From Ostrea edulis (taxonomy: Eukaryota): a stretch of DNA of 64,000 nt. The stretch is from the NCBI RefSeq assembly GCF_947568905.1, contig NC_079172.1:10292001-10356000 (forward strand), written 5' to 3'. This document shows positions 60,578 through 64,000 of the stretch, one piece after another. Position 1 is the stretch's first letter; each line of letters starts with the position of its first letter. The position numbers were made by a program, and so were the translations under genes. A model generated the notes under the pieces. The model was not told the origin of the DNA and did not search any database. It was given only the letters and a program-made list of their open reading frames with translations.

Positions 60578-63311
60578 TCACCACTTTCCACCCTTGCCCC
60601 CTTTCTTTTTTCGTTTCTGGGCCTGGGCTGGCTTCTGTTGACGTGGACCTTGAGCAGCAGGGGCCGGGGATGGGGCAGTTGTACTGGTCGTAGAAGCAGT
60701 CCCGGGATGAGGAGAGTTGGGGTCACTACCTGGGGTCTTGCTGGCATCTCTGTTAACAAAAAATCAGTGACAATGAATTTTTCTCCATTTCTCCTGCTTT
60801 ACTTTTGTTTCCATCTACATGTATGCTGAAATTTTGTCTGAGATTTTCCATAAATTTTTTAAAGACAGAGGACTTCATACAAAGAACAACTACTACAGAT
60901 TCCTTATTTATACGATTGCACACTATCATTTAATTACAGTCCCTTCATACCCTGACAAATTTGCACTCGGATTGCCATACTGTATTCTAATTTCGGGAAT
61001 CATTTCATACCCTACACCCAAGGTTTGATTGTTTCTTTTATATCCCGTCGAGAATTTTTCACTCTTATTGAGACGTCACCAGCTGTTGGTGAAGTATCAC
61101 AAATTTTGACCTTTCACCTATGCTTAGCACTTATGGCCATAGCAGAGAGGGTTCTTTAATGTGCCAACGCCTACCGCGACACGGGACCTCTGTTTTTAAG
61201 GTCATATCCGAAAGACCCGTGATTCTCACTTCTAAATACCAAGCACTTCACGAAGGAGCAAACACAACCTATGTTAACATCTTGGGTTTGAGGTGGCCAT
61301 ATTGCAAGCGGGTCTCAAACTCATGACCTCCCAGTTACGAAGTGAATGTTCTACCACTGAGCAACCGTTAATGATTTTATCAAGAGTCACTACATACTCT
61401 GCCAACTGGGTATGAAGTATTCTTGGTAGGAAGTAACCTGGGTACGAAATGGTCTGGGTAGGAAACAACTTGCACCCTTAACATTTGTGTTATTTTGTGA
61501 GAAACCATTCCCTTTTATTTTTAAAGTTCTAAAAGAAAATAGCTTTTGTGGTTTTAATACATTCTTGCGAACTGATTTCACCATATCGTGTGATACAAAA
61601 ATCTACAATTATATTGGCAAAATAGCGACAATGACTTCCAATCATTTTACTTACAGGCTGTCGGTCACTCCACTGGTAGCTCCTTGAGGACCTTTACCTA
61701 CGAGTGAAAATATTTACATTAATTTGAGTGCATGATAATGAGACATTCAAAGCACAATCCAATTAATTTTTGCTAAACTGATGTGTAAAATGGTTGAGTA
61801 AAAATGGTACCAATTTCCTTCCGTTTGTCCCTTCTCTTTCCTCGGTAATATGACCGCTCTCTCCTAGGTAACCATCTCTCAGGGTCGATCTCGGCATCAA
61901 GATTCTTGGGCATCTTGCCTGTGAAACATTTTAAACTCACTGTAGCAGTCATTCTGCATACCATTAACATAACAGATATTAAAGGGAAAGGCAACCCAAA
62001 TTTTTTTTACATAATAAATGATAAGATTAATTACATGATAAAGATTTATCATATTATTCTGTTGATTCATGGCCTAGATAAGCCTCAGTACTAATTTTAA
62101 AATGTTAAAAATTGAAATTCCCGCCATCTATAGAGGCTGCCATGAAGTGGAACTCTATTGTATTCAAGACCACAAAAATCAATTTTTGTATTCAAGACCA
62201 CAAAAATCAATAATTTTGACGTCGCACTATCTATTCCGATTTTGATGAGATTCTAAGATCATCAAAAATGTGCTTGTGGTAGATTTTAAGAATACATTGT
62301 AAATAGGTGGATGCCTTCTTGTCAAGCAGTTAATTACACTAATGCAAAGGGGAGAGTTGAAAAAAGTTTTCCCCCCGAAATTCCTGACCCAAAAAGGTTA
62401 TTTGAAAACAACCGTGGATCCATCATTTGCGTAATGACAAGTTGAGGTTTGAGACATGTACATTTATGAAGAATTGAGTACCATCTGCCTGGTCTGCGAC
62501 TCAACTGAATGTCTTCTTTTATTAAATTCCTCTTGCGAAAGAATGGGCTCAAATCTATACGACTCCAAACTTAACTTTACGTGACTTGTCATGTTTACAG
62601 TGCTGCTGATGAAATAAACCAGAACCGATGGTGTGACGTAATAAATTAAACTTCAATGGCCGCTCTCTTAGCAGCGGGTAATTTGAAATATAAGATAGAT
62701 TAATATTGATTTAATTGTTAAGCAAGGATTTTTGTTGTTAAAGAAGATCATTTACGATATCAGTAAGTAATACTTTATTCATGAAGGCAACAATGTGGTT
62801 AGGGTTACCTTTCCCTTTAAATGAGATTTCAATCAATGACATTTTGCCCGTCTACCAAAATTAACAATAACAAAGTGGCACATTAAACACAGTGACACGG
62901 TTAACAAGATGACACAGTTAATGCTGTGACACGGTTAACAGCGGCAGTTAACAAGATGACACAGTTAATGCTGTGACACGGTTAACAGCGGCAGTTAACA
63001 AGATGACACAGTTAATGCTGTGACACGGTTAACAGCGGCAGTTAACAAGATGCTGTGACACGGTTAACAGTGGCAGTTAACAAGGTGACATATTTAGCAA
63101 TGTCACACAGTGACACAATTAACAAGGTGACACATTTAATGTAGTGACACAGTTAACACAGTTACAATGGTCACACATTTAATGCAGTGACACAGTTAAT
63201 GTAGTGACACATTTAATGCAGTGACACATTTAATGCAGTGACACAGTTAACCAGTACATACCCTTCCTCCTCTTCTTTTTCTTCTTCTTCTGTACGATCA
63301 TATCACCACCG
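60578..63311 (-). CDS. SRP72: Signal recognition particle subunit SRP72, last four coding exons (63311-63262, 61918-61811, 61697-61655, 60749-60578); 5' part lies beyond the window
   Basis: The spliced product KKKKKKRRK-GKMPKNLD...DPERWLPRRERSYYRG...IG-KGPQGA...L-DASKT...KKKGGKGGKW* matches the SRP72 RNA-binding PDPERWLP motif and C-terminus. All phases are consistent. Confidence 0.96.
61030..61367 (-). mobile_element. Full-length tRNA-derived SINE in an SRP72 intron
   Basis: Head ggttgctcagtggtagaac...gagtttgagaccc. The body is shared with the 4720 copy and the 3' part with the 1583 and 23817 copies. Confidence 0.8.
62891..63250. repeat. Minisatellite built on gtgacacagttaa (47-bp higher-order unit x3, then shorter units)
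   Basis: Directly visible tandem repeats in the SRP72 intron. Confidence 0.9.
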
Positions 63312-63654
63312 CTACAATAAAACAAGGCTTCAAAGTGAATACTATCTAATAATCAAAATCAGATGTTAAATCTCATCACTTACAACAGAAATGTTTGTGT
63401 AACAAGTATGCAGGTGGATCTAACACCCAATTTCAATTAGTTTGTAAGTCAATACAAAGTAAAATATTCTTTTACTGCTAAATGACACTGAACACAAAAT
63501 TATTTTGTTTCTGTTGTTGCTTTCTACAAAAAAATTAAGTCAAAAAGAAATCAGTAAAGTTTTAGTAGACTATCTTCTACCTTTTCAGAGAATGACCTTG
63601 TTTGAAGGTTACACAGGATACATATGTCTTAAATTACACAAACTAATACTCATA

Positions 63655-63737
63655 ATCACACAACCTATCACTCAGAATTACACAACCTATTACTCAGAAT
63701 TACACAACCTATCACTCAGAATTACACAACCTATTAC
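63655..63737. repeat. 22-bp tandem repeat cacaacctatcactcagaatta x3-4
   Basis: Directly visible. Confidence 0.9.
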
Positions 63738-64000
63738 AGTGAAACCTCTCCAAACCGGCCCCTCATAAAACTGGTTCTCCCTAAATATCGGCCAATTTTC
63801 AAAGTCCCAGCAGAAATCTTAATATTTCCTTACAAATTCTTACAAAACCAGCTACCTCCGAAAACCGTACACTTTTTAAAGCACATTTGTTAACAAACGT
63901 GTAATTTACCCTTATAATACCGGCCACTTTTTGAAGATGAGAAAATTTTGGCCAGATGGGTGATCAAGATCATCCAGGTGTGAAAATGTCTGACCAGCCA

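Noticed and set aside
60556-60759. Pro-rich ORF MLTEMPARPQ... and the overlapping plus ORF 60518-60829
   Set aside because: These are alternative frames of the SRP72 terminal exon. The correct frame reads DASKT...KGGKW*.
62334-62552. ORF 62334-62552 as an SRP72 exon
   Set aside because: Exon 63262-63311 splices in frame directly to 61918, and the peptide has no SRP72 similarity.

Overview
AT-rich, repeat-dense animal genomic DNA with spliceosomal GT-AG introns. The repeat families suggest a bivalve, probably an oyster (inference). Five protein-coding genes were reconstructed by hand. (1) A complete 7-exon, 479-aa ionotropic glutamate receptor-family gene (minus, 3920-24794) whose signal peptide joins the ligand-binding domain directly, with no amino-terminal domain and a heavily altered M3 gate motif. 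(2) A 10-exon, 742-aa AhR-like bHLH-PAS gene (plus, 42564-56739). (3) AP5S1 nested antisense in intron 3 of that gene (52316-53588). (4) A single-exon RING/B-box/coiled-coil/NHL TRIM gene (57707-60130). (5) The last four coding exons of SRP72 (minus, 60578-63311). The rest is mostly transposon debris: CR1, L2, RTE and L1-like LINEs, Penelope-like RT fragments, a DIRS-like remnant, tRNA-derived SINEs, Helentron-like satellite carriers, TTAA-flanked MITEs and a 2.4-kb TIR element. A 148-bp near-perfect palindrome (35933-36080) contains two back-to-back minimal hammerhead ribozyme motifs. All family assignments rest on remembered motifs, not database searches.
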